From positions 64,001 to 128,000 of IMG/VR virus record IMGVR_UViG_3300008266_000014: 64,000 bases of DNA; one strand, given 5' to 3'. The DNA is from a virus. A program made the position numbers and the translations under genes. Each line of letters starts with the position of its first letter. Positions within the stretch are counted from its first letter, which is position 1. The notes under the pieces are model-generated. The model saw only the letters and a program-made list of their open reading frames with translations, did not search any database and was not told where the DNA came from. Shown in pieces: positions 27,098 through 36,549 of this stretch.

Positions 27098-27673
27098 ATG
27101 AGAAAAAAATGTCTAACAACAAGCACAGGTGATGATATACTGATCTTTGATGATGTGTTTGAGGTAAGTCTGATAGGTAGATTTCAAGAATTTGCAGAAC
27201 AGTCTTTTTATACGCTGACGTGTGCAGCTCTACCTTTTCTTCACAAAAGGGATGAGACGAGTATGCGATGTATGTTCACACCCGATGATTTACAGCGGTT
27301 TGGTATATTAGACACATTTGCGTTCCAGGAGATCAGTAAATATATCGTAAACAAGAATGCTCCAATTAAAAATTGGATTGTTCTTTCAGACCAGTCATCT
27401 AACTATAGTTTTCATTCTGATGTGTTTAAACACCCAGGTGTATCAAAAAAAGAAGCAGGTCAAACTCTGCTTTATTTTATAAACACAGAGTGGGACAAAA
27501 ACTGGGGAAGTGAAATTCTGTTTTGTAATGATGTAGGAGAACTGGAGGTTGCGGTATCATGTACACCAAATAGGATTGTTCTTTTTGATAGTGTAATTCC
27601 GCATAGATCAACTTTAATCTCACCTAAAGCACCCTCTTACAATCTAATATTTGTATCCCAATTTTTACTATGA
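27098..27673 (+). CDS. 2OG-Fe(II) oxygenase
   Basis: HSD, LLYFINTEWDKNWG, PNRIVLFDS.IPH. Confidence 0.85.
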   Translation: MRKKCLTTSTGDDILIFDDVFEVSLIGRFQEFAEQSFYTLTCAALPFLHKRDETSMRCMFTPDDLQRFGILDTFAFQEISKYIVNKNAPIKNWIVLSDQSSNYSFHSDVFKHPGVSKKEAGQTLLYFINTEWDKNWGSEILFCNDVGELEVAVSCTPNRIVLFDSVIPHRSTLISPKAPSYNLIFVSQFLL

Positions 27674-28041
27674 CTCCTTTTGATTTTGTCAATGCAATAA
27701 ACAAGACTAAAGAAGATCTACTAAAAGACCCTACCAACGAGAAGCTTTATCAGCCATTTATGGTCAATAAAGCATTGTCATATTTCTCTGATACTGCATT
27801 ATATGCAAATGAGATGAATCTGTATCGTGATCTTGACCATAAACTGCAATTTCATTTTTTTCTAAATAGTATAAGACCTGCCAAGCGGTTTGCAAAGTGG
27901 GTGAAGAGGCAAGAAGATAATGATCTTTCAGCAGTAATGGAATATTATGGTTATAGCACCGAAAAAGCTCAAAAAGCATTATCTGTCCTTTCTTCTGATC
28001 AAATTACAATAATAAAACAAAAATTAGAAAAAGGTGGTTAG
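27670..28041 (+). CDS. gp62: Clamp loader small subunit
   Basis: Y.PFMVNKALSYF.D...ANEMN, KRFAKW, YYGYS.EKA. Confidence 0.93.
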   Translation: MTPFDFVNAINKTKEDLLKDPTNEKLYQPFMVNKALSYFSDTALYANEMNLYRDLDHKLQFHFFLNSIRPAKRFAKWVKRQEDNDLSAVMEYYGYSTEKAQKALSVLSSDQITIIKQKLEKGG

Positions 28042-28043
28042 CT

Positions 28044-28442
28044 ATGAGTATTATCGATAGTCTTGTAGAGGTTGCACTTTCAGCAGAAGATGATTTTCTA
28101 AAAGTGAAAGAAACACTCACACGTATTGGGGTTGCATCAAGAAAAGACCGCAAATTGTTTCAGTCATGTCATATTCTCCATAAGCAGGGTAGGTATTATA
28201 TTGTTCATTTTAAAGAGTTGTTTGCTCTTGATGGCAAACCTTCTAACTTTTCCGATGATGATAGAGCACGAAGAAACACGATCATTAATCTACTTGCAGA
28301 GTGGGGGTTAATCAAGCTACTAAATCCTCAAAAGTCTAGTTCCCCTGTTGCACCATTCTCTCAGGTCAAAGTTATTACTCACAAAGAGAAAAACGACTGG
28401 GAGCTTGTTGCCAAATATAATATCGGCTCCAAACGTGGATAA
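28044..28442 (+). CDS. regA: Translational repressor RegA
   Basis: DFLKVKETLTRIGVAS, QSCHILHKQGRYYIVHFKELF. Confidence 0.97.
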   Translation: MSIIDSLVEVALSAEDDFLKVKETLTRIGVASRKDRKLFQSCHILHKQGRYYIVHFKELFALDGKPSNFSDDDRARRNTIINLLAEWGLIKLLNPQKSSSPVAPFSQVKVITHKEKNDWELVAKYNIGSKRG

Positions 28443-29058
28443 TCAGAAGATATGGGACTATAGGTTTCTTGAGCTGGCAGAAACCGTGGCACAGTGGTCC
28501 AAAGACCCATCAACGAAAGTTGGTAGTGTGATTGTTGATAACAATCGAAGAGTTATTGGGCTTGGTTATAACGGGTTTCCAAGAGGGATAGAAGACCACT
28601 CGGAGCGATATTCAGACCGCGATGTAAAATACCTGTTTGTTTGCCATGCAGAGCGAAATGCTCTTGATAATGCGCCGGGAAACGTGGAAGGGTCCACTCT
28701 CTATGTAACCCTGTTTCCATGCAACGAATGTTGTAAAAGTATTATCCAAAGAGGTGTTAAAAAAGTAGTAACTTTTGTTCCTTCCGCGGGGAAACGACTG
28801 TTGCACAACCATGACATTTCGTATATAATGTTAAAAGAGGCTGGTGTGGAACTGCACCAGTTAGCTCGGACATATTATGAGGAGTGGAAAAATGGAATTA
28901 GTATCAGTGGAAAAGATGAAGGAAGATCTGAGATCAAACAAGTGCAAAGTGACGTTCACCAAACAAGATGGGACGGTCCGAGATATGTTATGCACACTGA
29001 TGGAAGCCTTTATTATACCTCAGGAGAAAAAGACAGAACGTGTAAAGACACCTTCTGA
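28435..29058 (+). CDS. cd: dCMP deaminase
   Basis: SKDPSTKVG, GYNGFPRG, HAERNA, PCNEC; probable GTG start at 28435. Confidence 0.92.
   Translation: MDNQKIWDYRFLELAETVAQWSKDPSTKVGSVIVDNNRRVIGLGYNGFPRGIEDHSERYSDRDVKYLFVCHAERNALDNAPGNVEGSTLYVTLFPCNECCKSIIQRGVKKVVTFVPSAGKRLLHNHDISYIMLKEAGVELHQLARTYYEEWKNGISISGKDEGRSEIKQVQSDVHQTRWDGPRYVMHTDGSLYYTSGEKDRTCKDTF
28801..28829 (+). promoter_or_regulatory. Internal sigma70-type promoter
   Basis: TTGCAC-N17-TATAAT upstream of the 28892 ORF. Confidence 0.55.
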
Positions 29059-29143
29059 GAATACTTTGGCAGTATGGGATCTTGAAAAAAATGCATGGAG
29101 ATCTTTCAGAACTGACTCGGTTTCAGCCTTTCAGGTATTATAA
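28892..29143 (+). CDS. SH3/Sm-like (WYL_2-type) protein
   Basis: VTFTKQDGTVRDMLCTL, VWDLEKNAWRSFR. Confidence 0.8.
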   Translation: MELVSVEKMKEDLRSNKCKVTFTKQDGTVRDMLCTLMEAFIIPQEKKTERVKTPSENTLAVWDLEKNAWRSFRTDSVSAFQVL

Positions 29144-29146
29144 ATA
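29139..29146 (+). promoter_or_regulatory. T4 late promoter
   Basis: TATAAATA. Confidence 0.7.
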
Positions 29147-29207
29147 ATGTAAAGTACAACTAGGACAACTGCATGCATCGTAAAAAAGAAGTAAAGCAGT
29201 CGTAGGG

Positions 29208-29248
29208 AAAAGGGCACATAGCTGAGAGGCGTGTGCCCTTTTTTGTTT
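29208..29248 (+). terminator. Terminator-like hairpin upstream of phoH
   Basis: aaaagggcaca...tgtgccctttt followed by Ts. Confidence 0.75.
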
Positions 29249-29273
29249 TATAACCATAACAAGAAGGACAGCC

Positions 29274-30017
29274 ATGAAACACAAAGCAAGAATTGCTGAA
29301 GCCTCAATCCACAATTTCCCAGACCAACCAAAAAGAAAACTCAAATTAAGAATAGATGATTTATCAGTTTTTGATCCTCTCACCAGAAACCAATCACTGT
29401 TTTTCGAAACATACAAGCAAGGAGCCAAAGCAATGATGCTGCATGGTGCAGCAGGTACAGGAAAAACCTTCATAGCCATGTATAAGGCGTTGGAAGAGGT
29501 TATGGATAAGGGTAATCCCTATCAGAAGGTGGTTCTTGTACGGTCTGTTGTTCCTTCACGTGAGATCGGTCATCTTCCAGGTGATGAAAAAGAAAAGACC
29601 GATGTATACCTTGCACCGTATAAAGCAACGTGTCAACAACTCTTTAACATAGATCAGGCATATGAAAGACTTGTTGAACAGAAAAACATTGAGTTCATGA
29701 TTACATCTTTTGTTCGTGGCATTACAATCGATAACGCAGTTATAATTGTCGATGAATGTCAAAACATGAACTTCCAGGAACTTAGTTCAATCATGACAAG
29801 GGTTGGTGAAAACACAAAGATCATTTTCTGCGGGGACTTCAAGCAGACAGATCTCTGCAAGAAAAATGATCAATCTGGCTTGCGGGACTTTGTAGAAATT
29901 ATAAAGCACATGCCATCGTTCAGATCCATTGAGTTTGGGATTGAGGATATTGTTCGCAGTGATCTAGTTCGTGAATTTATCGTGGCAAACCTACACATTC
30001 AAACAATAAAAAGTTGA
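29274..30017 (+). CDS. phoH: PhoH-like ATPase
   Basis: GAAGTGKT, IGHLPG, RG.T, DECQN, TRVG, GDFKQTD, DIVRS. Confidence 0.95.
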   Translation: MKHKARIAEASIHNFPDQPKRKLKLRIDDLSVFDPLTRNQSLFFETYKQGAKAMMLHGAAGTGKTFIAMYKALEEVMDKGNPYQKVVLVRSVVPSREIGHLPGDEKEKTDVYLAPYKATCQQLFNIDQAYERLVEQKNIEFMITSFVRGITIDNAVIIVDECQNMNFQELSSIMTRVGENTKIIFCGDFKQTDLCKKNDQSGLRDFVEIIKHMPSFRSIEFGIEDIVRSDLVREFIVANLHIQTIKS

Positions 30018-30036
30018 AATAGTTTAGTAACTTTAG

Positions 30037-30044
30037 TATAAATA
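30037..30044 (+). promoter_or_regulatory. T4 late promoter (also -10 of TTGAAA-N17-TATAAA)
   Basis: TATAAATA. Confidence 0.65.
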
Positions 30045-30047
30045 TGG

Positions 30048-30110
30048 GGTGCGTTGCCAATCGGGACGCACCTTTTTAATTTAATAAACCTTGCTTAATA
30101 GGAGGTCGTA
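30048..30110 (+). promoter_or_regulatory. ROSE-like RNA thermometer in the hsp20 leader
   Basis: 5' hairpin ggtgcgt/acgcacc; accUUGCU-uaau-AGGAGgu hairpin over the SD. Confidence 0.55.
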
Positions 30111-30503
30111 ATGACTAATGATGAGCTGACAAAGAACATTCCTAACTATCCTCCATACAACATCAAAAAAGTTGATGAAAACAAATATACAATCGAGCTT
30201 GCAGTGGCTGGTTTTGCAAAGCAAGATGTTGAAATCACTTTCGAAGATAACAAACTAATCATCTCAGGCAAAGCTTCTGACGATTCCGATGGTGAAAACT
30301 TCATCTGGAAGGGTATTGCTAATCGTGCCTTCACTCGTACTTTTGTTCTCGATGATCAGGTTGAGATTGAAAACGCGGAGATGTTGAATGGAATGTTGAA
30401 GATCTTTCTTGAGCGCATCATTCCAGAGCACAAGAAGCCAAAGAAGATTGATATCAACGAGAAGCCTTCAAAAAGTGATAAGCAGCTACTGACGGAGGAA
30501 TAA
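30111..30503 (+). CDS. Small heat shock protein (IbpA/Hsp20)
   Basis: NYPPYNI, ELAVAGF, GIA.R.F.R.F.L, NGML.I.L. Confidence 0.95.
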   Translation: MTNDELTKNIPNYPPYNIKKVDENKYTIELAVAGFAKQDVEITFEDNKLIISGKASDDSDGENFIWKGIANRAFTRTFVLDDQVEIENAEMLNGMLKIFLERIIPEHKKPKKIDINEKPSKSDKQLLTEE

Positions 30504-30673
30504 TGAGTAATCCAGTTGAAGACTTTCTCAGAGTAACGAGAGAGTTTTTGTTTGGTGACAACTCTCATTTTTCCAAAACAGAACTCACTTATTTGAATCA
30601 ATCTGTTGATGCGGTAGATCTTGAATACCGTATGAAGCAGCTTGAAAGAAATCGTAATTATCTTCGTTACTAA
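30503..30673 (+). CDS. Small protein, DUF3563-like (56 aa)
   Basis: YLNQSVDAVDLEYRMKQLE; GGAGG SD. Confidence 0.6.
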   Translation: MSNPVEDFLRVTREFLFGDNSHFSKTELTYLNQSVDAVDLEYRMKQLERNRNYLRY

Positions 30674-30715
30674 AACATAGGGGACGATTGTCCCCTATCT
30701 CAAAGGAAATATATT

Positions 30716-31006
30716 ATGACCATCAAAGTTATTCGACTTGTCAATGGTGAAGAATTGATCGGCAAGTATTCAGAAGCACCTACTCATGTTACTCTAGATA
30801 AGGTCGGAGTAGTTCAAATGATCCCAACCCAAAAAGGTGTAAATATTGGATTGTTCCCTTTTGCACCATATGCTGAAGAAGACTCGTTTAAATTTAGTCA
30901 TGAACATATCGTGACAACCTTTACTCCCGCAACTGATCTACTTAACAACTACAACCAAATGTTTGGATCTGGGATACAAATTGCTGGTGCGGGTTCATTG
31001 AAGTAA
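30716..31006 (+). CDS. Conserved T4-like hypothetical (Sm-like)
   Basis: IRLVNGEELIG, L..Y.QMFGSGI. Confidence 0.7.
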   Translation: MTIKVIRLVNGEELIGKYSEAPTHVTLDKVGVVQMIPTQKGVNIGLFPFAPYAEEDSFKFSHEHIVTTFTPATDLLNNYNQMFGSGIQIAGAGSLK

Positions 31007-31021
31007 TCTCCAAGAGGTAAT

Positions 31022-33559
31022 ATGCGTTTCTACACCAATGTTCATGTGAACAGTAGTTCTGCTTTTGTACGTGGGTACGAGGATGGAAAGAGGTTTCAGT
31101 ATCGACAGGACTTCTCCCCATACCTCTTTGCTCCATCACAAATCCCAACGGGGTATAGAACCCTTGATGGTAAGTATGTAAAACCTCTGCATTTTACTGA
31201 TGTGAGAGAAGCAAGAGATTTTCTGAAGAGGTATGAGGAAGTCTCAAACTTTGCTCTCTACGGTTCTAATATGTTTACGTATCAATGCATATACGACACA
31301 TTCAAAGGCGAGATTGAATATAACGTCGATGACATTAGTGTCGTATCTCTTGATATAGAAACATCAACGAAGAATGGTTTTCCAAATATTGCCCTTGCGG
31401 ATAAAGAAGTAATCACTCTTTCTATGCGAAAGAATGGAAAGTGTGCAGTTATTGGTACGAGACCGTATACACCAAAGTCTGATGATATTGTTTATTATCA
31501 GTGTAAGAATGAGTCTGATCTTCTCACTACATTTCTTAATCTTTGGAATTCTGAAGAATGGAAACCAGATGTTGTGACTGGCTGGAACGTCGAGGTATTT
31601 GATATTCCCTATCTGTACGTTCGGATATCAAACATACTTGGTGAGAAGGAGGCAAAGAGAATGTCTCCATGGAAACTTGTTAACTCGAGGTCCATTAGTG
31701 CAGAGAATCAAGGTCCGTTTGTTTATGATCTGATTGGTATTTCAACTCTAGACTATCTTGCCTTATACAAAAAGTTCTCATACACACCTCAAGAGTCATA
31801 TAAGCTCGATCACATTGCTGAATACGAGCTTGGTGAAAATAAACTAGACTACTCTGAATATGAATCGATGCATGAGTTTTATGTTCAGAATTACGAAAAG
31901 TTTATTGACTATAACATCCACGACGTTGTTCTTGTTGATAAGCTGGAAGAGAAGTTGAAGTTTATCGAGCAGGTATTTGCTATCGCATATGATGCGAAGG
32001 TCAACTACGTTGACACATTCACAACTGTTCGTATCTGGGATATTATTATTACCAATTATCTCCTCGACAAGAAGATCGTTGTTCCTCATCACAAGTCCGA
32101 GGTATTAGAGAAACGAATCGAGTACGATAGACAAAAAGGTCCGATCGTTGGTGCATATGTGAAAGATCCTCAAGTTGGGTTACATAAATGGGTTTGTTCT
32201 TTCGATTTGAACTCTCTCTATCCTCACTTGATCATGCAGTACAACATCTCACCTGAAACATATAAAGGATTGGAGAGTGATATAACAATCGAGAATCTTC
32301 TCGAAAGTGAAAAGAGTAATGATCTGATTAAGAGACTTGATGATACCAATCAAACAATGACTCCCAATGGTGCTCTGTTTGATAAAGACTTTAAAGGATT
32401 CTTACCAACGCTGATGGAGAACATGTACAACGATCGTTCTGAGTGGAAGAAGCGAATGATCGAAGCAAAGAAGGCATATGAAAAGAATCCATCTCGTAAA
32501 ATAAGTAATGAGATTGCTCGATGCCATAACATGCAAATGGCAAAGAAGATTCAATTGAACTCCTGCTACGGTGCTCTTGGTAACACCTACTTCAGATGGT
32601 ATCAACGTAATCTTGCAGAAGCAATTACAATGTCTGGCCAACTTTCTATTCGCTGGATGGAAAAGAACATCAACAAGTATCTAAACAAGTTGTTCAAGAC
32701 TGATAATGAAGACTATGTGATTGCTTGTGATACCGACTCGATGTACATTCGACTTGATCGCCTAGTGCAAACGATGTTCGAGGATGATTCTGATAAAGCG
32801 AAGATCGTGAAATTTCTTGATGATGTTTGTGAAAAGAAGATCCAACCCTTTATTGATAAGACGTATGAAGATCTTGGCAATTACATGCAAGTGATGGATC
32901 AGAAGATGGTAATGAAGCGTGAAGCGATTGCAGATAAAGGAATTTGGACAGGGAAGAAGCATTACATTCTCAATGTGTACAATAACGAAGGTGTACAGTA
33001 TGCAGAACCAAAGTTGAAGATGCAGGGTATTGAAGCTGTTCGTTCTTCAACCCCCTCAGCTTGTAGAAAGAACATTGAGAAAGCTCTTAAGATTATCATG
33101 AACAAAAATGAGAGTGATATGATTGAGTTCATTCGCAACTTCAAAGAAGAATTCGTATCACTTCCTTTTGAAGAGATTGCTTTTCCAAGAGGCGTTAAAG
33201 ATCTGAAAAAGTATGCTGATAGTTCTTCGATCTACAGAAAATCAACTCCTATCCACGTTAAAGGATCGCTGATCTACAACAACCTTCTGAGGGAGTATAA
33301 GATGCAGGATAAATATCCTTTCATCGGCGATGGAGATAAGGTCAAGTTTTCTTATCTTGTGAAGCCAAATCCTGCAAGAGATTCCGTTATTTCTTGCCCA
33401 GGTGAATTGCCTAAACAACTCGGTCTAGAAAAATACATCGACTACGATACCCAGTTTGATAAATCATTTCTGGAACCGATTCGCTCTATCACAGATGCCA
33501 TTGGTTGGAAGACAGAAGTCAAACAACAAAGAGCAACATTGGAAGATCTTTTTGCATAG
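31022..33559 (+). CDS. gp43: Family B DNA polymerase
   Basis: DIET exonuclease motif, FDLNSLYP, KIQLNSCYG, CDTDS, KKHY. Confidence 0.98.
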   Translation: MRFYTNVHVNSSSAFVRGYEDGKRFQYRQDFSPYLFAPSQIPTGYRTLDGKYVKPLHFTDVREARDFLKRYEEVSNFALYGSNMFTYQCIYDTFKGEIEYNVDDISVVSLDIETSTKNGFPNIALADKEVITLSMRKNGKCAVIGTRPYTPKSDDIVYYQCKNESDLLTTFLNLWNSEEWKPDVVTGWNVEVFDIPYLYVRISNILGEKEAKRMSPWKLVNSRSISAENQGPFVYDLIGISTLDYLALYKKFSYTPQESYKLDHIAEYELGENKLDYSEYESMHEFYVQNYEKFIDYNIHDVVLVDKLEEKLKFIEQVFAIAYDAKVNYVDTFTTVRIWDIIITNYLLDKKIVVPHHKSEVLEKRIEYDRQKGPIVGAYVKDPQVGLHKWVCSFDLNSLYPHLIMQYNISPETYKGLESDITIENLLESEKSNDLIKRLDDTNQTMTPNGALFDKDFKGFLPTLMENMYNDRSEWKKRMIEAKKAYEKNPSRKISNEIARCHNMQMAKKIQLNSCYGALGNTYFRWYQRNLAEAITMSGQLSIRWMEKNINKYLNKLFKTDNEDYVIACDTDSMYIRLDRLVQTMFEDDSDKAKIVKFLDDVCEKKIQPFIDKTYEDLGNYMQVMDQKMVMKREAIADKGIWTGKKHYILNVYNNEGVQYAEPKLKMQGIEAVRSSTPSACRKNIEKALKIIMNKNESDMIEFIRNFKEEFVSLPFEEIAFPRGVKDLKKYADSSSIYRKSTPIHVKGSLIYNNLLREYKMQDKYPFIGDGDKVKFSYLVKPNPARDSVISCPGELPKQLGLEKYIDYDTQFDKSFLEPIRSITDAIGWKTEVKQQRATLEDLFA

Positions 33560-33567
33560 GAAATAAA

Positions 33568-33864
33568 ATGAGCAAACCTATTTTTGATCTTGATGATGTA
33601 GAGGACTTTGGGTTCTCTGCAGTCAGTGAAGACGAGCTCAAATCACTTGAAAGAGAGCTAAAACAGCAGGTTGAACAGAAAGAGCAAGAGCTATCGTTGA
33701 CTTCGAAGGAGTACAAGGATAAACTAGAAGCTCTTTATAAACTAATTATGCCTTTGCTCTTGAATTTGCAAAAAGATCCAGAAAAAGAATATATCCTTTG
33801 GCCAGATAGGTCAAAGAAAATGACAGCGTTTATTGCAAGGGTAAACAAGATAGTTCAGGATTAA
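33568..33864 (+). CDS. Conserved hypothetical protein
   Basis: DFGFSAV, IMPLL.NL.K.PEKEYI.WP.R. Confidence 0.7.
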   Translation: MSKPIFDLDDVEDFGFSAVSEDELKSLERELKQQVEQKEQELSLTSKEYKDKLEALYKLIMPLLLNLQKDPEKEYILWPDRSKKMTAFIARVNKIVQD

Positions 33865-33865
33865 A

Positions 33866-34465
33866 ATGATTGTACAGACATTTGGTAATGGAGTGCCAAT
33901 TGTAATCCTTAAAAACATTATAAAAGACAAATATATCTTAGTAATGTTGAAAGAAATTGAACAGATTATCGTCAACAATCTGTTAGAAGATGCTTCATCG
34001 TCAACCTCTGCTATCAGCGATCTTAAAAGGATTAAAAATAACAGAGGACTGTTTATCGATGACTATTATAATGAGAGACGCGATGAAAGTGATATACTTA
34101 ACGTACATCAGATCGTCAATACAATACTCCTTGACGAATTAGAAAACAAACACCAGCTGTTCAGATATTTTTCGGCAACTAACTCCCATAACACGCTACT
34201 GAGTGTTTATACAAACAGCAACAGTTACTTCGAGCATTTTGATAGATCCGTTATAACAGCCATAACGTATTTGTGGAATCAACCAAAGAAGTTCACTGGC
34301 GGTAACCTATTATTCAATGAGTATGATATACAGTATGAACCAGAGCTGGGGGATGTTGTTGTTTTTCCAGGTTTTGTTAGACATGAGGTTTCGGAAGTTC
34401 AAATGAACAACGATGATCCACTTCACGGAAGATATGCTATTTCACAATTCTTTCACATTAGATGA
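33866..34465 (+). CDS. 2OG-Fe(II) oxygenase (prolyl hydroxylase-like)
   Basis: HFD, PKKFTGG.L, VVFPG...HEV, RYAISQF. Confidence 0.85.
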   Translation: MIVQTFGNGVPIVILKNIIKDKYILVMLKEIEQIIVNNLLEDASSSTSAISDLKRIKNNRGLFIDDYYNERRDESDILNVHQIVNTILLDELENKHQLFRYFSATNSHNTLLSVYTNSNSYFEHFDRSVITAITYLWNQPKKFTGGNLLFNEYDIQYEPELGDVVVFPGFVRHEVSEVQMNNDDPLHGRYAISQFFHIR

Positions 34466-35367
34466 TTAATTATATCGCACTTCTGGTAGCAATTTGCTTG
34501 TCTGCGGTTGCAGCTTACTTTTCAATACTAGGCCTTGCAGCAATCTTTGCAGCATCGTTCTGGCCGATTGTTATTATGGGGTCTGCTCTTGAAGCAGCCA
34601 AGGTTGTTGCTGCTTCATGGGCATTTAGGAATTGGCACACAGCTCCTGCTTTCATAAAGTACTATCTTGCATCTGCTGTTGTTGTATTAATGTTCATTAC
34701 ATCAATGGGCACGTTTGGATATCTTTCAAAAGCTCACATTGAACAGACAGCATCGATTAGCGATGTGTCAGCTCAAGTTGATGTTTATGATGAAAGGATT
34801 AAATCACTAAATGAAACAATCGAAGCCAACCGTAAACTTCTTAAACAGTACGACGAGGCAGTTGACCAAGTCATGGCACGCTCGACAGATTCAAAGGGGG
34901 CGGAACGTGCGCTCCAAATTAGAAAGACCCAACAGAAAGATCGTGGCAGGATTATGGAAGAAATCAGTTCTCTCCAGAAAGAAGTTTCAAAGGTCACTGC
35001 AGAGAGGGCTCCTCTTATCTCTCAAGTTAAGAAAGTTGAAAGGGAAGTGGGTCCTATTAAGTACATTGCCGAACTCTTTATCGATAAAGCTGATGATACG
35101 TTTTTGGAGAAGACAGTTCGGTGGGTAATTATTATGATTGTTGCGGTATTTGATCCTCTTGCTGTTTTGCTATTGATCGCTGCTAATCAAGGTATCCTCA
35201 GAGCCAAGCGATATCAGAAAGCAATGAACACAAGAATCAAGAATAAATGGCAGCCAGAAAAAGATGAAGCAGCTGAGAAGAGGTATCAAAAATTGGTTTC
35301 GTTGATTGGAAAGGGATCAAAGAAGAAGATCTCGATTGACAAAGATAAAATAAGGAAGATGACATGA
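34462..35367 (+). CDS. Membrane protein with coiled coil
   Basis: N-terminal TM helices, coiled coil, VGPIKYIA, VFDPLAVLLLIA. Confidence 0.7.
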   Translation: MINYIALLVAICLSAVAAYFSILGLAAIFAASFWPIVIMGSALEAAKVVAASWAFRNWHTAPAFIKYYLASAVVVLMFITSMGTFGYLSKAHIEQTASISDVSAQVDVYDERIKSLNETIEANRKLLKQYDEAVDQVMARSTDSKGAERALQIRKTQQKDRGRIMEEISSLQKEVSKVTAERAPLISQVKKVEREVGPIKYIAELFIDKADDTFLEKTVRWVIIMIVAVFDPLAVLLLIAANQGILRAKRYQKAMNTRIKNKWQPEKDEAAEKRYQKLVSLIGKGSKKKISIDKDKIRKMT

Positions 35368-36413
35368 GCTTTTTGAAAAATTTGATTAAGGAGATTGGTG
35401 ATGAGGATACTCACCTGGCCAGTGACGGCGATGGTAGTGCTGAGTTTTCTGGTTGTATTGATACTGGCAGCTATATTCTCAACGCTCTTCTCTCTGGTAG
35501 CCTCTATGGCGGCGTACCTGATAACAAAATTACTGCTTTTGCAGGAGAGTCCGCTACTGGTAAAACTTTCTTCGTACTTGGTATCGTTAGAGCCTTCCTT
35601 GACAAGAACCCAACAGGAGCAGTCGTCTACTACGATACAGAAGCAGCGGTTACCAGAGCAATGATGGAGTCCCGTGGGGTTGACACCACACGTGTTATTA
35701 TTGCAGAGCCAGATACTATTCAGAAATTCAAGACACACGCATTAAAGATGATCGATGCTTATGAAAAGCAGCAAGATCGTCCACCAATGATGTTTGTGTT
35801 AGATAGTCTTGGTCTTTTGTCTACTAATAAAGAGATGGAAGACTCGCTAGATGGAAAAGATGTTCGCGACATGACAAAAGCTCAGGTTATCAAAGCAGCT
35901 TTTCGTGTACTTACTTTAAAGCTGGCAAAGGTGAAAGTACCAATGCTTGTTACAAACCACGTCTATGAGGTAGTCGGATCATATGTACCAACAAAAGAAC
36001 TCGGTGGAGGAACAGGCCTCAAGTACGCAGCTAGCACTATTGCTATGCTCTCCAAAAAGAAAGAAAAGGATTCTGATGGAGACGTCATCGGGAGCCAGAT
36101 CAAGATCAAAACATACAAATCAAGACTCTCAAAAGAAAACCAAGACGCAACTGTGTTACTTACTTTCGACAAGGGATTAGATAGGTACTTTGGACTTCTT
36201 GAGCTTGCGGAAGAAGCTGGTTTGTTTAAAAAAGTTGGTAATAGATACGAACTACCAGATGGTCGTAAAGTATATGGTAAGGAAATAATTACCAAACCAG
36301 AATCCTTCTTTGATGACACCTATATGCAACAACTTGAAGAGTATGCAAAAAGGAAATTTAGCTATGGATCAGCAATCGCAGAAGTACAAGGTGACGTACA
36401 AGAACCAGCATGA
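35364..36413 (+). CDS. uvsX: RecA-like recombinase
   Basis: AGESATGKT, DTE, LDSLG, TNHVY, GGG.G..Y. Confidence 0.96.
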   Translation: MSFLKNLIKEIGDEDTHLASDGDGSAEFSGCIDTGSYILNALLSGSLYGGVPDNKITAFAGESATGKTFFVLGIVRAFLDKNPTGAVVYYDTEAAVTRAMMESRGVDTTRVIIAEPDTIQKFKTHALKMIDAYEKQQDRPPMMFVLDSLGLLSTNKEMEDSLDGKDVRDMTKAQVIKAAFRVLTLKLAKVKVPMLVTNHVYEVVGSYVPTKELGGGTGLKYAASTIAMLSKKKEKDSDGDVIGSQIKIKTYKSRLSKENQDATVLLTFDKGLDRYFGLLELAEEAGLFKKVGNRYELPDGRKVYGKEIITKPESFFDDTYMQQLEEYAKRKFSYGSAIAEVQGDVQEPA

Positions 36414-36549
36414 CGAAATTGGCTTTAAGTATTTTTTTCGTGATAGAGATATACTAGACTTTCTCTCAAAAAGACCAAATGGTGCCCTTGTAGTTAAACT
36501 GGAGCAATATGATAGAGAAACTAATTCTTTCCAATCTATTAAACAATGA
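36364..36549 (+). CDS. Hypothetical protein
   Basis: Fills uvsX-gp41 gap with overlaps. Confidence 0.45.
   Translation: MDQQSQKYKVTYKNQHDEIGFKYFFRDRDILDFLSKRPNGALVVKLEQYDRETNSFQSIKQ

Noticed and set aside
30677-30698. Terminator (ataggggac/gtcccctat hairpin)
   Set aside because: Strong stem but no U-tract; function unclear (may be a processing or stability hairpin).
31022-33559. Inteins or introns in gp43 (also checked gp41, nrdA, nrdB, thyX, uvsX)
   Set aside because: Lengths are normal, frames uninterrupted, and no splicing motifs were seen.
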